Origin: a virus
DNA length: 64,000 bases
Virus record (IMG/VR): IMGVR_UViG_3300042387_000725
Location: 25,156-89,155 of that record
Direction: 5' to 3' (one strand)
Of this stretch, positions 19,646-30,088 are shown piece after piece (the stretch's first letter is position 1; each line of letters opens with the position of its first letter). Below the pieces are notes generated by a model. The model was not told where the DNA came from. It did no database searches and saw only the letters and a list, made by a program, of their open reading frames with translations. The translations under genes and the position numbers were made by a program.

Positions 19646-21676
19646 TTAATATAGTTTAATCTCACATGCATCTGTGCTGCAATATGCTTCACCCTGTGCT
19701 TCAAGATTTTCAACTCCATCATAAATAGCAGACCAGTCAATCTTACCAATTATTCCAACATATGCGTTGTATTCTTCTCTTGTGATTTCAGTATAAGGTT
19801 GCTGAGGATATGTTTGATTTCCCATTGGAAGGAATGATACTGCTTTTAGCTGTCCTTCGTACATATGAAGGGCAGGAGCAATAAACTTGGCCTCAGTTTC
19901 TTTATCAAATGAAAGTGTCACAGAAACACCATTATCTGACCAGTACTTCTGAGCAGTTGCTGCCAAACCAATTTTCTCAAATAGACTAACATTTTTTTCA
20001 GCACGTGGGTGACCAGACGCTACTGGGAAATACACTACTTGAGTATTTGCTGATACTAAATCTCTTTCAATTTTATATCCCGCTGCTTTAAACAAATGAA
20101 GCATTGGATCTTGGTCTCCAAAACGAATAGCACGAAGATAGAATGCTCCTCCTGGGCCCCAGTGAACCCCTGGAGTTGCACCAGACAGTAGTGATACAGA
20201 TCCTGATGGCTTAACGGTTGTCACACGAATTGACTCACGAACACATAGCCATTCTGAATATTGCTTGTCATAGCTACGAATCTTTTTGTATCCTTCATCC
20301 ATCCACTCACGAGTTATTGGCAAACCATTTTTATCAGCAAATGAGGCAATTCCTGTAAGGGATGTACCAATACGACGATTACGCTGCATAATTCCGTTTG
20401 TAGTTGGCCAGTGTGTTGGAAGAAGTGTTACAGTCTTTCCGTAAAGATATGCAAACTTCAATGTCTTAAGAAAGTCTTCCTTAGAATCATGACGATTTAG
20501 GTGAACTTCTACAAGAGTACAAAGTTCGTACGATTCCAATGGCTGCTCTGCACAAGGATTAAAGCCCATTACACGATAGTCTTTTCCGTCTGCAGGATCA
20601 GCAAGGCGACCATAATTACGAGCAACATCAAGCCAAATAAAACCTGGCTCTCCGTTATCTTTAATAAGGTCTACGTAGTCTTCATACTTTGTTCCGACTG
20701 TTGCAGAGATAGAGTTATTACTCATCCATGCCCAACCTGGTTTTTCTGGATCATATGAGTTACGTTCTGGAAATACTTCTGGATTCTTAAGATTAATAAA
20801 GTCTTCATCTTCTGGAGTACCAAGTGCTAGTGTTGCAGAACGACGAACATTTCCAGAAACAACACATGTTCCAATAAGATTAATGATATCTGTAATTGCA
20901 CGTGAGTCAAGGTTTTCCCCTGCTCTTCCTCCAATTACTTTATCAATTCTATTATGTAAATCAATTAGTGGTTGTGGTCCAGATGCTACTCCGCCAAACC
21001 CCTTAATTGGTGCACCTAATGGGCGAATCTCAGAATAATCAAACTTTTGAATATTTTGATTTTGACGAAGGTATGAGTTTAAAAGCATTTTTACTGACTC
21101 TACCCAGCCTTCACGAGTATCAGGAATAACATAGGTATTTACAGGCTCTGTAGGGCTGTAGATAGGCATTTCTTTATCTTGACCTAATGTATCAAACCCT
21201 ACTCCAATACCCAGCATAAGGGCATCCATAACCCACGAGAACAGGGCTCCTGGGTCATTGCGGTCAATATCTCTAGTAGATACCATTGCACAGTTTTGAA
21301 GGGCTGCAGAGTTACGCTTCTCCATAGTCATAGGAGTTCCAAATGTCCACATACCACGACCTGGGGGTGTCCACTTTAATTCAAACATTCTTTGAAAGGC
21401 TTCTTGTGCTGACTTCTGTGCCTTATTATCATTCCAAGGCAAACGATTCTCTTTGGCATGGTTCTTCTGTACTGAGTACATTCCTTCAATTACACGCTTA
21501 CAAACCTCATGCCATCTTTCTTTTGTTCCATCTTCCTTCACACGGGAATATGTACGAATAAACGTAATTTCTCCAAGTGAGTTAGATCCTGCATCTTGAT
21601 ATCCAAACGGAGCTGGAAGTGTTGAATATTTATTTACAAAATCTTCTGTTAAACGAAAAGAAAATATATCTGACAT
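19646..21676 (-). CDS. nrdJ: Class II (adenosylcobalamin-dependent) monomeric ribonucleotide reductase
   Basis: PPGRG, NCAM, VVSGNVRRSA, NPCAEQ catalytic loop, TTVKPSGSVS, C-terminal CSTDAC redox pair. Confidence 0.95.
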   Translation of the reverse strand: MSDIFSFRLTEDFVNKYSTLPAPFGYQDAGSNSLGEITFIRTYSRVKEDGTKERWHEVCKRVIEGMYSVQKNHAKENRLPWNDNKAQKSAQEAFQRMFELKWTPPGRGMWTFGTPMTMEKRNSAALQNCAMVSTRDIDRNDPGALFSWVMDALMLGIGVGFDTLGQDKEMPIYSPTEPVNTYVIPDTREGWVESVKMLLNSYLRQNQNIQKFDYSEIRPLGAPIKGFGGVASGPQPLIDLHNRIDKVIGGRAGENLDSRAITDIINLIGTCVVSGNVRRSATLALGTPEDEDFINLKNPEVFPERNSYDPEKPGWAWMSNNSISATVGTKYEDYVDLIKDNGEPGFIWLDVARNYGRLADPADGKDYRVMGFNPCAEQPLESYELCTLVEVHLNRHDSKEDFLKTLKFAYLYGKTVTLLPTHWPTTNGIMQRNRRIGTSLTGIASFADKNGLPITREWMDEGYKKIRSYDKQYSEWLCVRESIRVTTVKPSGSVSLLSGATPGVHWGPGGAFYLRAIRFGDQDPMLHLFKAAGYKIERDLVSANTQVVYFPVASGHPRAEKNVSLFEKIGLAATAQKYWSDNGVSVTLSFDKETEAKFIAPALHMYEGQLKAVSFLPMGNQTYPQQPYTEITREEYNAYVGIIGKIDWSAIYDGVENLEAQGEAYCSTDACEIKLY

Positions 21677-21824
21677 TTTAAACCTTTCAAAGTTAAATTA
21701 AGCTGAGTACTTCATGTTTTCTGAAGTAGTCTCTAAGTATAACACAACTTTTGTTTTATTTTAAGCACAAAATAAAAAGTCTAAATGATTACATGATAGT
21801 AGAGCTTTAGATTTACAATAGTTG

Positions 21825-22493
21825 TTATCTAAACATTGTATTATTTATATGGCTAATGTTTATACTATTTACATTAAAATGTTTAGGCAATGATGATACC
21901 CACAAAATAGACTGAGCAAGATCATTTGCGGTCAGTGCATCATTTTTCTTTTCTGCCTGAGTATCAATTGTTCCAGGACATATCTCAGTAATCTTAATGC
22001 CATATGCTGGAAACTCTAGTCTCATTGTTTCCAATAATCCAATTTCTCCCCTTTTAGCATTTGTATAGTTACCGCCACCAGGATAGGGAACGTTTCCACC
22101 TATTGATGTTACAAAAATTATTGTTGGAGAATTTGATCTTTGCATACAAGGTACAAATAGCTGAGAAATATACATTGGGCCAGTTACGTTTATGTCATAA
22201 GCTCTTCTAAAGTTTTCTGGAGTTTCATTAATAATTTGTGTTGGCCCAGCTCCTCCACCTGCATTATTTACTAAAAGATCAAGCGTAATGTCTTTGTATT
22301 TTTCAAAGAATAACTCTATGGCTTTTGAGTCTGTTATATCTAGTTGATAAACCTCAACGTTATCAGATACAAGATCAGATACCTTAGATAGGTCTCTTGA
22401 AACAGCAATAACCTTGTAACCATTTTCAGATAGTAGTTTTACTGTTTCTAGTCCAACGCCCTTGCTTGCCCCAGTTACAATTGCTGTTTTCAA
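21825..22493 (-). CDS. Short-chain dehydrogenase/reductase (YdfG-like)
   Basis: TGASKGVG, LVNNAG and YTNAK motifs. Confidence 0.92.
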   Translation of the reverse strand: MKTAIVTGASKGVGLETVKLLSENGYKVIAVSRDLSKVSDLVSDNVEVYQLDITDSKAIELFFEKYKDITLDLLVNNAGGGAGPTQIINETPENFRRAYDINVTGPMYISQLFVPCMQRSNSPTIIFVTSIGGNVPYPGGGNYTNAKRGEIGLLETMRLEFPAYGIKITEICPGTIDTQAEKKNDALTANDLAQSILWVSSLPKHFNVNSINISHINNTMFR

Positions 22494-23228
22494 TTACATA
22501 CTCTGATTTTTATTAATGTCCATATTGTTATGAATCCAATGGCCAGGTATCATATACTTAACCCCAGATTTTACAATATGGGCTGTATGAAAATACGGTG
22601 GAAATGCTGGAAATATAATAACACTATTTTCTTTTGGCTTTAGCCCAAAATCAATTGCTTTATTTTCAACAGATATATCATAGTCTAAATCTACAGCTGG
22701 TGCTGATCCTTTAGAAAAACCGTCAGCACTAGTCCATCCTCCATCATAATCCTTTAACTGGAAAGATATTTCTCCGCCTTCACAGTCATCATTTAGATAC
22801 ATAACTAGAGAGTATCTTAAAGTTTTGTCTCCATCTAGTTGGTCAAAATGTGCACCCATTCCCATTCCAGTGTTGTATTTCTTTATATTAAAGGTTGGAA
22901 AAAGTCTTGGCTCATCAAAATCACCCAATGAAGAAGCATAGTCCTTACATACATTGTACATTGTAGTCATGATAGCGTCATATATATATTTGCTTTTTTC
23001 CGCTACCTCACCAGTAAGGTTATTTATCGCATTGATGTCAAAAGTTTTTGTCTCTCCATAAATAAAAGTTTTATCGTTAGAAGAAGTCCAGGGATTCCAA
23101 ACGTTTACCCCTGACTCTGTGTATTGCTCAAGAGTATCTAACTCTTTCCATACTTTTTTAAAAGTATCAAAGTCTTCAATAGCATCAGTGTAGTAGTATA
23201 CTTTTGGGTCTAGTTTTTCTTTATTCAT
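22494..23228 (-). CDS. 2OG-Fe(II) oxygenase (prolyl-4-hydroxylase-like)
   Basis: HFD...YLNDDCEGGE...FHTAH...KY. Confidence 0.9.
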   Translation of the reverse strand: MNKEKLDPKVYYYTDAIEDFDTFKKVWKELDTLEQYTESGVNVWNPWTSSNDKTFIYGETKTFDINAINNLTGEVAEKSKYIYDAIMTTMYNVCKDYASSLGDFDEPRLFPTFNIKKYNTGMGMGAHFDQLDGDKTLRYSLVMYLNDDCEGGEISFQLKDYDGGWTSADGFSKGSAPAVDLDYDISVENKAIDFGLKPKENSVIIFPAFPPYFHTAHIVKSGVKYMIPGHWIHNNMDINKNQSM

Positions 23229-23239
23229 ATTTTTCTCCT

Positions 23240-23899
23240 CTAGTACTTGTTATTAACGTAAAAATCTTTTACTTTTATAAAGGCTGTAATGACATGTCTT
23301 ATTGGACCATCCCCCACATGCTTTACTCCATGCTCATGTTCTGGGTCACCTGGAAAAACAAGCAATGACCCTGGTTTTGGTCTTAACGTGATGTCAAAAT
23401 TTTTAAAGAAAAGTTCTCCATCAGAATAATTTTCATTAATATATAGGATTGCAGCATATCTAATAGATGGGTCTGTGTCTTGATCCACATGAGATTTTAA
23501 TTCAACACCAGTTTGCATTCTTTGTATAGTTCCCATGCCACCTACTATTAAATTTTCATCTGCTCTTTTAACTAAATCTTGTATTCTTTCTTGAAGTACT
23601 CTAGCTATATCATATTGCTGAATTTCAAGAATTTTATCATCCCATCCTTTAGTAACTTCATATTTGCCTTCATCAACTAGCTTTTGAACATCCGTTGTAC
23701 CAAATTTTTCTAAACAAAACTCAGCCAAACTTTTCTGATAAGCAACGTGCCACTCTGTTTCTTCTGTGGAGTTAATTATGTCTAATACTTGATGCAGTTC
23801 TTCTTTAGAGATAAAATCTTCTACTAGCAAAATGCTATCTGAAATATCTACAACGCTATAGTTGTCCTCAATAAGTTCTTTTCTTAAGAAACTACTCAT
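23240..23899 (-). CDS. 2OG-Fe(II) oxygenase (prolyl-4-hydroxylase-like)
   Basis: HVD...YINENYSDGEL...HGV...R. Confidence 0.9.
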   Translation of the reverse strand: MSSFLRKELIEDNYSVVDISDSILLVEDFISKEELHQVLDIINSTEETEWHVAYQKSLAEFCLEKFGTTDVQKLVDEGKYEVTKGWDDKILEIQQYDIARVLQERIQDLVKRADENLIVGGMGTIQRMQTGVELKSHVDQDTDPSIRYAAILYINENYSDGELFFKNFDITLRPKPGSLLVFPGDPEHEHGVKHVGDGPIRHVITAFIKVKDFYVNNKY

Positions 23900-24650
23900 T
23901 GCGATTTAACTCCTCTATCTTATACTTATTACCATCTTTATCTATTTTATAGCCCTTTTTAATAAGGTCCTGCCACTCTGCTCTTTCAATCTCTTGCTGT
24001 TCTCTTGTTGCTTTCATTTCTGCTGCCCAAGCATCTCTTAGCTCTTGCGGATAAGCATCTTCTTCTCTGTCATCCCAGAATGAACCTATGGTGTATCTTA
24101 CTCCGCTTTCAATTAAAGTAACTTCATGCATATTGTTAAAGCCACCGTCAAAGACAGCAAGCATTCCAACTTTTGGCTCAATTTCTATTTCTTGTCCTGG
24201 GAATCTTAATAGTCCACCTTTAAAATTATCATTTAGATAAAGGAACCCAGCATATCTACTTCTTGTAAATGCGCCAGAGTTTCCTTCAGCATCAGTATTG
24301 TCTGAGTGTACTCTTGCGTATGCTCCAGGTTCCCATTTTTGTGTGTGATATCCAATTTTACAAATTGTTTTTGGATCAAGATCGTGAACTGAAGCAATTG
24401 CTTCTGGCATTGTTTTTTCAATGTCTGAAAAAATAGTTGGAGATAATCCAGCATCAAGTACCTCTTGATCGTTATCTTGTGGAAGAACAGAAGAATATGA
24501 TTCATAAAATGAAATAGGCATCCATGACAACTTTCCACCTTCTGCTTGAGCATCAAGTGCCTGAATCATTTTTTTACAATCTTCATCACTAATAAAGTTT
24601 TCATAAATAACAATATCTTTTGTGATTCTTTTTTTATTGTTTAGATTCAT
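23892..24650 (-). CDS. 2OG-Fe(II) oxygenase (prolyl-4-hydroxylase-like)
   Basis: HSD...YLNDNFKGG...HEV...RY. Confidence 0.9.
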   Translation of the reverse strand: MNLNNKKRITKDIVIYENFISDEDCKKMIQALDAQAEGGKLSWMPISFYESYSSVLPQDNDQEVLDAGLSPTIFSDIEKTMPEAIASVHDLDPKTICKIGYHTQKWEPGAYARVHSDNTDAEGNSGAFTRSRYAGFLYLNDNFKGGLLRFPGQEIEIEPKVGMLAVFDGGFNNMHEVTLIESGVRYTIGSFWDDREEDAYPQELRDAWAAEMKATREQQEIERAEWQDLIKKGYKIDKDGNKYKIEELNRNE

Positions 24651-25513
24651 TTTATCCTTCTTTCTTTGTCAGCGCTAATTTTATTTGGATTATCTAGTCT
24701 AAATTCTTCTATAATAGATGGTTGCATTTCTGCCCAAACTTCTTTACCAAACTCTTTTTCTTTTTCAAACCACTCAGGACTGCCTACAGAATATTTCATC
24801 CAATACATTCTAGAAAGATACTTGTTTGCTCCCGTTGCAGGCATTACGCCATGTATGTAAACAGATCCATTTTTTGTTAATACATCTGGGTGACCTGATG
24901 GGAAAATCAAAAAATCTCCAGCCTTTGGCTTATACATGTATGCTTCACCATCAACAATAAAGTCTATCTCTCCACCTTCATAGTCGTCATTAAAATAACA
25001 AAGAGCAGTTATTGCAAACTTATACCCTGGACTTGTTATTGGCTCACGAATATAATCAGAATGATAGGTCATTGCTAGTGGGTCTTCAATATCTGTTTTA
25101 TATCTTGCTATAGATGGTCCAGTCATTTGCCATTCTTCCATAAGTTGACCATTATTTGCTAATACCGTTTTTGTTTTGTCAAGTTCTATACCATTACGTA
25201 AAGCATAGTCTTCAGTAGCTAAATAAAAATTTTTAAAAAGTTCAAGGATTGCAAGCTTTTGAAGTTCTTGTTTTTCTGTTTTTGTTTCTATTTCCTCAAT
25301 TAAGTCAATTCTTAAATTAGATTGGTAACCCTTAAACATAGGACTTAAATATTCTCCGAAATGAGCCCATTGAGTCCATGGACTAAAAATACCATCTTCT
25401 TCTCCTGTAGAATTTTTTAACAACTCATAGGTTTGTTCTATATTCTTAAAAAGATTTTTATATACAAATATTTTAGGATATATTTCAATGGCTTCTAAAG
25501 TATTTTGACTCAT
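24647..25513 (-). CDS. 2OG-Fe(II) oxygenase (prolyl-4-hydroxylase-like)
   Basis: HSD...YFNDDYEGGE...HGV...KY; start at the ATGA overlap (MSQNTL). Confidence 0.9.
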   Translation of the reverse strand: MSQNTLEAIEIYPKIFVYKNLFKNIEQTYELLKNSTGEEDGIFSPWTQWAHFGEYLSPMFKGYQSNLRIDLIEEIETKTEKQELQKLAILELFKNFYLATEDYALRNGIELDKTKTVLANNGQLMEEWQMTGPSIARYKTDIEDPLAMTYHSDYIREPITSPGYKFAITALCYFNDDYEGGEIDFIVDGEAYMYKPKAGDFLIFPSGHPDVLTKNGSVYIHGVMPATGANKYLSRMYWMKYSVGSPEWFEKEKEFGKEVWAEMQPSIIEEFRLDNPNKISADKERRIK

Positions 25514-26190
25514 GGCTTTCTGTCTCCTGTATGTGCCGTAATTTCCCAAAAAAATGGACATGTAAATCTTAATCCACTTTTTATTTCACTTACTCCATGG
25601 ATATAGTTTTTATCTCCTGGGAAAAAATAAGCAGCACCTTTCTTAGGTTTAAATTGCACACCTTGCAGAGGAAAATATAATTCTCCCCCTTCATAATCAT
25701 CATTTAAATAAAACAAACTTGAAAGATCATAGTTTGGAAAATCATTTGGAAGTCCAGCATCTGGTCCTTCATGAAGTTCTTTGTCTGCATGAGGCTTTTG
25801 AAATTGCCCTGGAAGCCATTTAACAATTGTAGTTCCAGTTGGTACAACTTCTACCTTATAAAAATCTTCAACAATTGGTTTTAGTCTTTGAAATAAACCA
25901 GCTATAACTGGGGCAATTCTAGGATCATTTTTGTCAAGACTAGGAGTTGTTGCTACTCTATCTTTCCAGTAGTCTGAGTCATATACAACAGTGCCGTTTT
26001 CATTTACATGGCTTTGTGTTACATCCCAGATAGTTAGAGATTTTGCTGCTTTTTCTAAAAACTCAATCTCTTCTTCAGTCATGAAGTTTTCTAGCTCTAC
26101 AATCATGTCTTTGCTGTCTCCAAACCATCCAGATGGGGTTATTGACGGAGATCTTTTTACTACTGTATATTCATCTTTGTTTTGTTCCAT
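25510..26190 (-). CDS. 2OG-Fe(II) oxygenase (prolyl-4-hydroxylase-like)
   Basis: HAD...YLNDDYEGGEL...HGV...RF; leaderless TATAAT-7nt-ATG. Confidence 0.9.
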   Translation of the reverse strand: MEQNKDEYTVVKRSPSITPSGWFGDSKDMIVELENFMTEEEIEFLEKAAKSLTIWDVTQSHVNENGTVVYDSDYWKDRVATTPSLDKNDPRIAPVIAGLFQRLKPIVEDFYKVEVVPTGTTIVKWLPGQFQKPHADKELHEGPDAGLPNDFPNYDLSSLFYLNDDYEGGELYFPLQGVQFKPKKGAAYFFPGDKNYIHGVSEIKSGLRFTCPFFWEITAHTGDRKP

Positions 26191-26192
26191 TT

Positions 26193-26915
26193 TTATATTA
26201 TATCATCCTTCGTATTATCTATTACTCCAAGCTTTATGGTTTTAGCCTCATGGCTACCCAAAGATTCACCTTTTTCATTTACTGCATTTCTATACCAGTC
26301 TGTCCATTTTCCTACCTTGTTAATTTCTTGTGCTGCATCTCCATAAGATTTATTTGCTGCTTGTTTTTTTCCATCTGGATCCGTGTATTTGTTAATTTGA
26401 ATAACAGTATTATTTAAGCTTGTTAAAGAGATAGGAATTATTGTTGCAAGTGGGGTTCCTGCCTTTATTGTTGTAATTTTATTTGCTGCTTTTGCTTTTG
26501 CTTTAATTGCTAATGGCAGAGGATTGTCATAAAAAGATGTACTTATAACGTTAGACATAGTTTCAAACTCGTCGCTATAATAATTGACTGGATTTATTGT
26601 AATAATGCTAAAATTTTCTTCTGTTCTAAAGTATAGACCAGTATCAAAACTTATTGATGACTGACCTCTTCCAGAATAAGCTCTATCTGGTCCAAAAACT
26701 TTTACATTGTCTGGACGCTCACTATTGATCCCATCCCACTCAAAACATACATCTTGTTTACAAAAAATACTCCAACCAATTGAATTTGCCTGTGTTACAG
26801 GAAAACAATGGTATGCATGTTTTTCTGATGAGACATCCATCCAGTCTCTCTTAATAGACATAGGAGAAATATCAAATAAAGAGTGTGAGTCTTTTTCAAT
26901 TATAACATTTATCAT
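26193..26915 (-). CDS. DUF6065-like protein
   Basis: KRDWMD...HAYHCFPVTQANSIGW...AGTPLATIIP motif; family recalled as associated with 2OG oxygenase clusters. Confidence 0.6.
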   Translation of the reverse strand: MINVIIEKDSHSLFDISPMSIKRDWMDVSSEKHAYHCFPVTQANSIGWSIFCKQDVCFEWDGINSERPDNVKVFGPDRAYSGRGQSSISFDTGLYFRTEENFSIITINPVNYYSDEFETMSNVISTSFYDNPLPLAIKAKAKAANKITTIKAGTPLATIIPISLTSLNNTVIQINKYTDPDGKKQAANKSYGDAAQEINKVGKWTDWYRNAVNEKGESLGSHEAKTIKLGVIDNTKDDII

Positions 26916-27571
26916 TAGTCTGCCTCTGCGCTATACATTTCTGGAGTATGAAACTTTTTACTGTAATCAAGCATTGTAACAATAGAGTACTTGAGTCCAG
27001 ATGTTACTGGCATTGCCTGATGAGGATACATGTAGTTTGATGGAAACACAAAAAGATCTCCTGCTTCTGGCTTAACCTTTAGGTTTTGAAGTCTAAAGAA
27101 TAACTCTCCACCCTCATAGTCATCATTTGGATATCCTACAAGTGATACAGTACAGTTATATGAGAATCCATGATCATGGTGTTCCATAAAGTGCTGTCCT
27201 GGACCATACTTAATAAAATTAAATGCTTCCCAATATTTTAGGTTATGAATATTGTGCATCTTGCAATAGTCTTCTACTACTGGAGACTTAACATCGTATA
27301 GATCTTGCCATAGTGACTGAAGGTTTAAGCTTGTTTCACTTGTATCATTTTCAATGTCTGTTTTCTTGAACTTAAAATCATTGCAATCTCTGTAGTCTGG
27401 CATTAATTGTTTATATCCAACATAGGCAGGCTGCCAACTGTATCCAGTCGTATCTCCTACTGGCTTAAGGTTTTCTTCAATTCTTTTAATTACTTCAATT
27501 TCTTTTTTAATTACACCTTTGTAACAGAATATTCCATTTCCAAGATTTTGTTTTTCTGTCCACGTTTGCAT
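26915..27571 (-). CDS. 2OG-Fe(II) oxygenase (prolyl-4-hydroxylase-like)
   Basis: HHD...YPNDDYEGGEL...FPSNYMYPH...KY. Confidence 0.9.
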   Translation of the reverse strand: MQTWTEKQNLGNGIFCYKGVIKKEIEVIKRIEENLKPVGDTTGYSWQPAYVGYKQLMPDYRDCNDFKFKKTDIENDTSETSLNLQSLWQDLYDVKSPVVEDYCKMHNIHNLKYWEAFNFIKYGPGQHFMEHHDHGFSYNCTVSLVGYPNDDYEGGELFFRLQNLKVKPEAGDLFVFPSNYMYPHQAMPVTSGLKYSIVTMLDYSKKFHTPEMYSAEAD

Positions 27572-27645
27572 TTATTGCTCCCTCTTTATATTTTTAGACT
27601 ATATTGCTATCTAACAGTTTACCATATTTATAGCAATTATATTTA

Positions 27646-28581
27646 TTATTCCTTCCAAACTGCATGAACACAGCTTGTGCAAAAATTTTCATAAGAATTT
27701 TTAATCATATTTTTGCGTTCTTGGCTTTCCCATATTTCCTTTATTGGCTTTTCATTAATATTAGCAAATATTGTTTCAAACTCATAGTCATTGCAGCATA
27801 AGAATACATCTCCATTAGCATTTATATGTATCCAATCTTCAGTCCTACTTCCCATATTATTGCAGCCAATAACCTTGCCCTTTTTATTTATTTTATTTTT
27901 CATTATTTTACGAGTATCTAAATTTCCTGCTCTGTCAACTAAAGATATATTTGGAAATATTCTAATTTCTGGGAATGACTCTTTCATTTGCTTAAGAGCA
28001 ATTGCTGTATCTCCAGTATTATCATCTAAATTTATTTCAGGAGCATTTTCCAATAACTCTGTATATCTAAGTGAACTTTGGTTAATTCCATTAACTTGCA
28101 TTGAAATTTTTTCAACAGGAAAATTATCTATAGCGTATCTAATGTTGTCCATAACTCTTTGGTGCATTTTTTCAGGTTTACCTGTCATTTTTGACCAGGT
28201 AGCAGCATCAGCGGAAGGTGTATTAAAGTGGATTAAATCAACTACATCACTATATTCTTTGATAATGTCCATCTTTTCTTTTGTTAATGGAGAACCATTT
28301 GTTAGTACAACTGTTCTAACTCCATGCTCTCTAAACAAATCAAGCATTTCTTTAAAATGCTCATAAAGCAAAACTTCGTTATAGTGTGCTGTATAAATAA
28401 AAGAAAACTGTGGATCTACAAAATCTCCAATACCAGCCTTTAGCTGTTCAAGAATAGACCTAATTGTTTCAATAGACATGGTTTTTCTACCAATTGCTGG
28501 GTTTCCATCATATGCTACAGGACAAAACCAACAACCAAGATTACACAAACCATTAGGATCTAATTGAACTAACTTTATCAC
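27646..28581 (-). CDS. Radical SAM enzyme with SPASM/twitch domain
   Basis: CNLGCWFC (CxxxCxxC), LTNG, C-terminal C...INANGDVFLCCND...CTSC. Confidence 0.92.
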   Translation of the reverse strand: MIKLVQLDPNGLCNLGCWFCPVAYDGNPAIGRKTMSIETIRSILEQLKAGIGDFVDPQFSFIYTAHYNEVLLYEHFKEMLDLFREHGVRTVVLTNGSPLTKEKMDIIKEYSDVVDLIHFNTPSADAATWSKMTGKPEKMHQRVMDNIRYAIDNFPVEKISMQVNGINQSSLRYTELLENAPEINLDDNTGDTAIALKQMKESFPEIRIFPNISLVDRAGNLDTRKIMKNKINKKGKVIGCNNMGSRTEDWIHINANGDVFLCCNDYEFETIFANINEKPIKEIWESQERKNMIKNSYENFCTSCVHAVWKE

Positions 28582-28592
28582 ATTGTTACCAT

Positions 28593-29360
28593 CTATCTAT
28601 ATTCTCTTCTTGACCATACTTTATTTTTATATATACCGCCATCTGGTTGACGATAAAATTTTGAATTATCAACCATATTACCATATATCTCTGATTGATT
28701 CAAAATCTCTATATTATGATCCCAGTTTTCTCTTTTAAATGGCAAAATCTGAAGATACGGAGTTCCTGCTGGAATTGTTCCTTCCCAACCATCTGCAATA
28801 AAAAATGGAAAACTTCCAAGAAGATGAACTTTATCTGAATCAACAACACCAGTGGTATTTAAAAATGGAAGATCAAATCTATTCATTGGTGTCATGAATA
28901 GTGCACTATATCCTTCTGGTAGTTTTAATCCCCAGTCAGCAGACCATGCAAAATGATACTTGTAGTATCCATGCGGATGTTCAAACTGTGGCATAGGAGG
29001 TCTCTGAGTACAAAAGTCTTGATACTTAGAGTCTTCAATCTTTACATTAATTATACCCTGCGAGTTTTTAAAAAATGTTAAGTCACAAGGGGTTTTAAAA
29101 ACATATCCAGTTGAAAATGCATCCATGATTGCAGGACATGCTTTCCATGTTGGAATCTTTCCATAATCATCAGTAGTTCCCTCTTTTGGAAATGGACAAA
29201 CCTCTTTTGGCGCTTTATAGTATTCCCCATTTGGCATCTTTGCAAATCTATCTGCATCTTTGTACCAGTCTGGAATTTCTTTTTGTGTTGGAACAGGAAC
29301 AGAAATACTTTCTTTATTTAGCCATGGCCTATAAGATTTAAATGTAGCTATTAGTGACAC
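28593..29360 (-). CDS. DUF6065-related protein
   Basis: PDWYK...TWKACPAIMDAFSTGY...GVVDSD...IPAGTPYLQILPFKRE; distant paralog of 26193-26915. Confidence 0.5.
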   Translation of the reverse strand: MSLIATFKSYRPWLNKESISVPVPTQKEIPDWYKDADRFAKMPNGEYYKAPKEVCPFPKEGTTDDYGKIPTWKACPAIMDAFSTGYVFKTPCDLTFFKNSQGIINVKIEDSKYQDFCTQRPPMPQFEHPHGYYKYHFAWSADWGLKLPEGYSALFMTPMNRFDLPFLNTTGVVDSDKVHLLGSFPFFIADGWEGTIPAGTPYLQILPFKRENWDHNIEILNQSEIYGNMVDNSKFYRQPDGGIYKNKVWSRREYR

Positions 29361-30088
29361 TACTTATGACCTAGCTCGTTAATATCTGTCATTACCACAA
29401 CACAGTACTTTGTACCTGACTTCATCGGAAGAGATGCATGCTCATAAATATAGTTTGAAGGAAATACTGCTATATCTCCAACTCTTGGTGTATGAACATA
29501 GTTGTCTAGTCTTGGGAACTTTATTTCTCCACCTTCGTAATCATCATTAATATAGATTACTGCAGATACTGTGCAATTGTAGGCTGGACCATGATCAGCA
29601 TGAATATTAAAGTGTGTTCCTTCTCCTTCATACTTTACAAAATTAAATGCTTCATAATAAACAACATTGATTCCCCAGTATGCAGCGTAATCATCAATGC
29701 AGTACTTTAATTTTTGATAGATCTCTTCATGAAGATCTAAAAGTTCTGAGTTTGTTTCATCTCTTGGTCCTAAGTTTTCCTGCTTGTACTTAAAGTCTAC
29801 ACAGTCTCTAGCCTTCTTGATAGGAGTTGTAGAATTAGTTACCTGAGCTTCTGACCATTTATGTTTTTTGTCACCAGACAGATTTGACTCAAGAATATTT
29901 ATGTATCTATCAGCATCTGCTTTAGAAAATGTATCATGATATACATGCAGGCCTAATCCAAGATTCTCAGCGACAATGCCATCTTTGAGCTGTCGTGGAG
30001 GGATTCTGTTTGATGCTGTTTCTGATCTATCTTTAGTAAACCAGTAGTTTGAGTTTTCATCTTGTACTTGTAAGTTATTATATTCCAT
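29360..30088 (-). CDS. 2OG-Fe(II) oxygenase (prolyl-4-hydroxylase-like)
   Basis: HAD...YINDDYEGGE...FPSNYIYEH...KY; close paralog of 26915-27571. Confidence 0.9.
   Translation of the reverse strand: MEYNNLQVQDENSNYWFTKDRSETASNRIPPRQLKDGIVAENLGLGLHVYHDTFSKADADRYINILESNLSGDKKHKWSEAQVTNSTTPIKKARDCVDFKYKQENLGPRDETNSELLDLHEEIYQKLKYCIDDYAAYWGINVVYYEAFNFVKYEGEGTHFNIHADHGPAYNCTVSAVIYINDDYEGGEIKFPRLDNYVHTPRVGDIAVFPSNYIYEHASLPMKSGTKYCVVVMTDINELGHK

Noticed and set aside
19646-21820. Intein/intron in nrdJ, or a cobalamin riboswitch / NrdR box upstream
   Set aside because: Length and motifs are continuous; the leader has only a simple hairpin (~21706-21733) and no convincing consensus.
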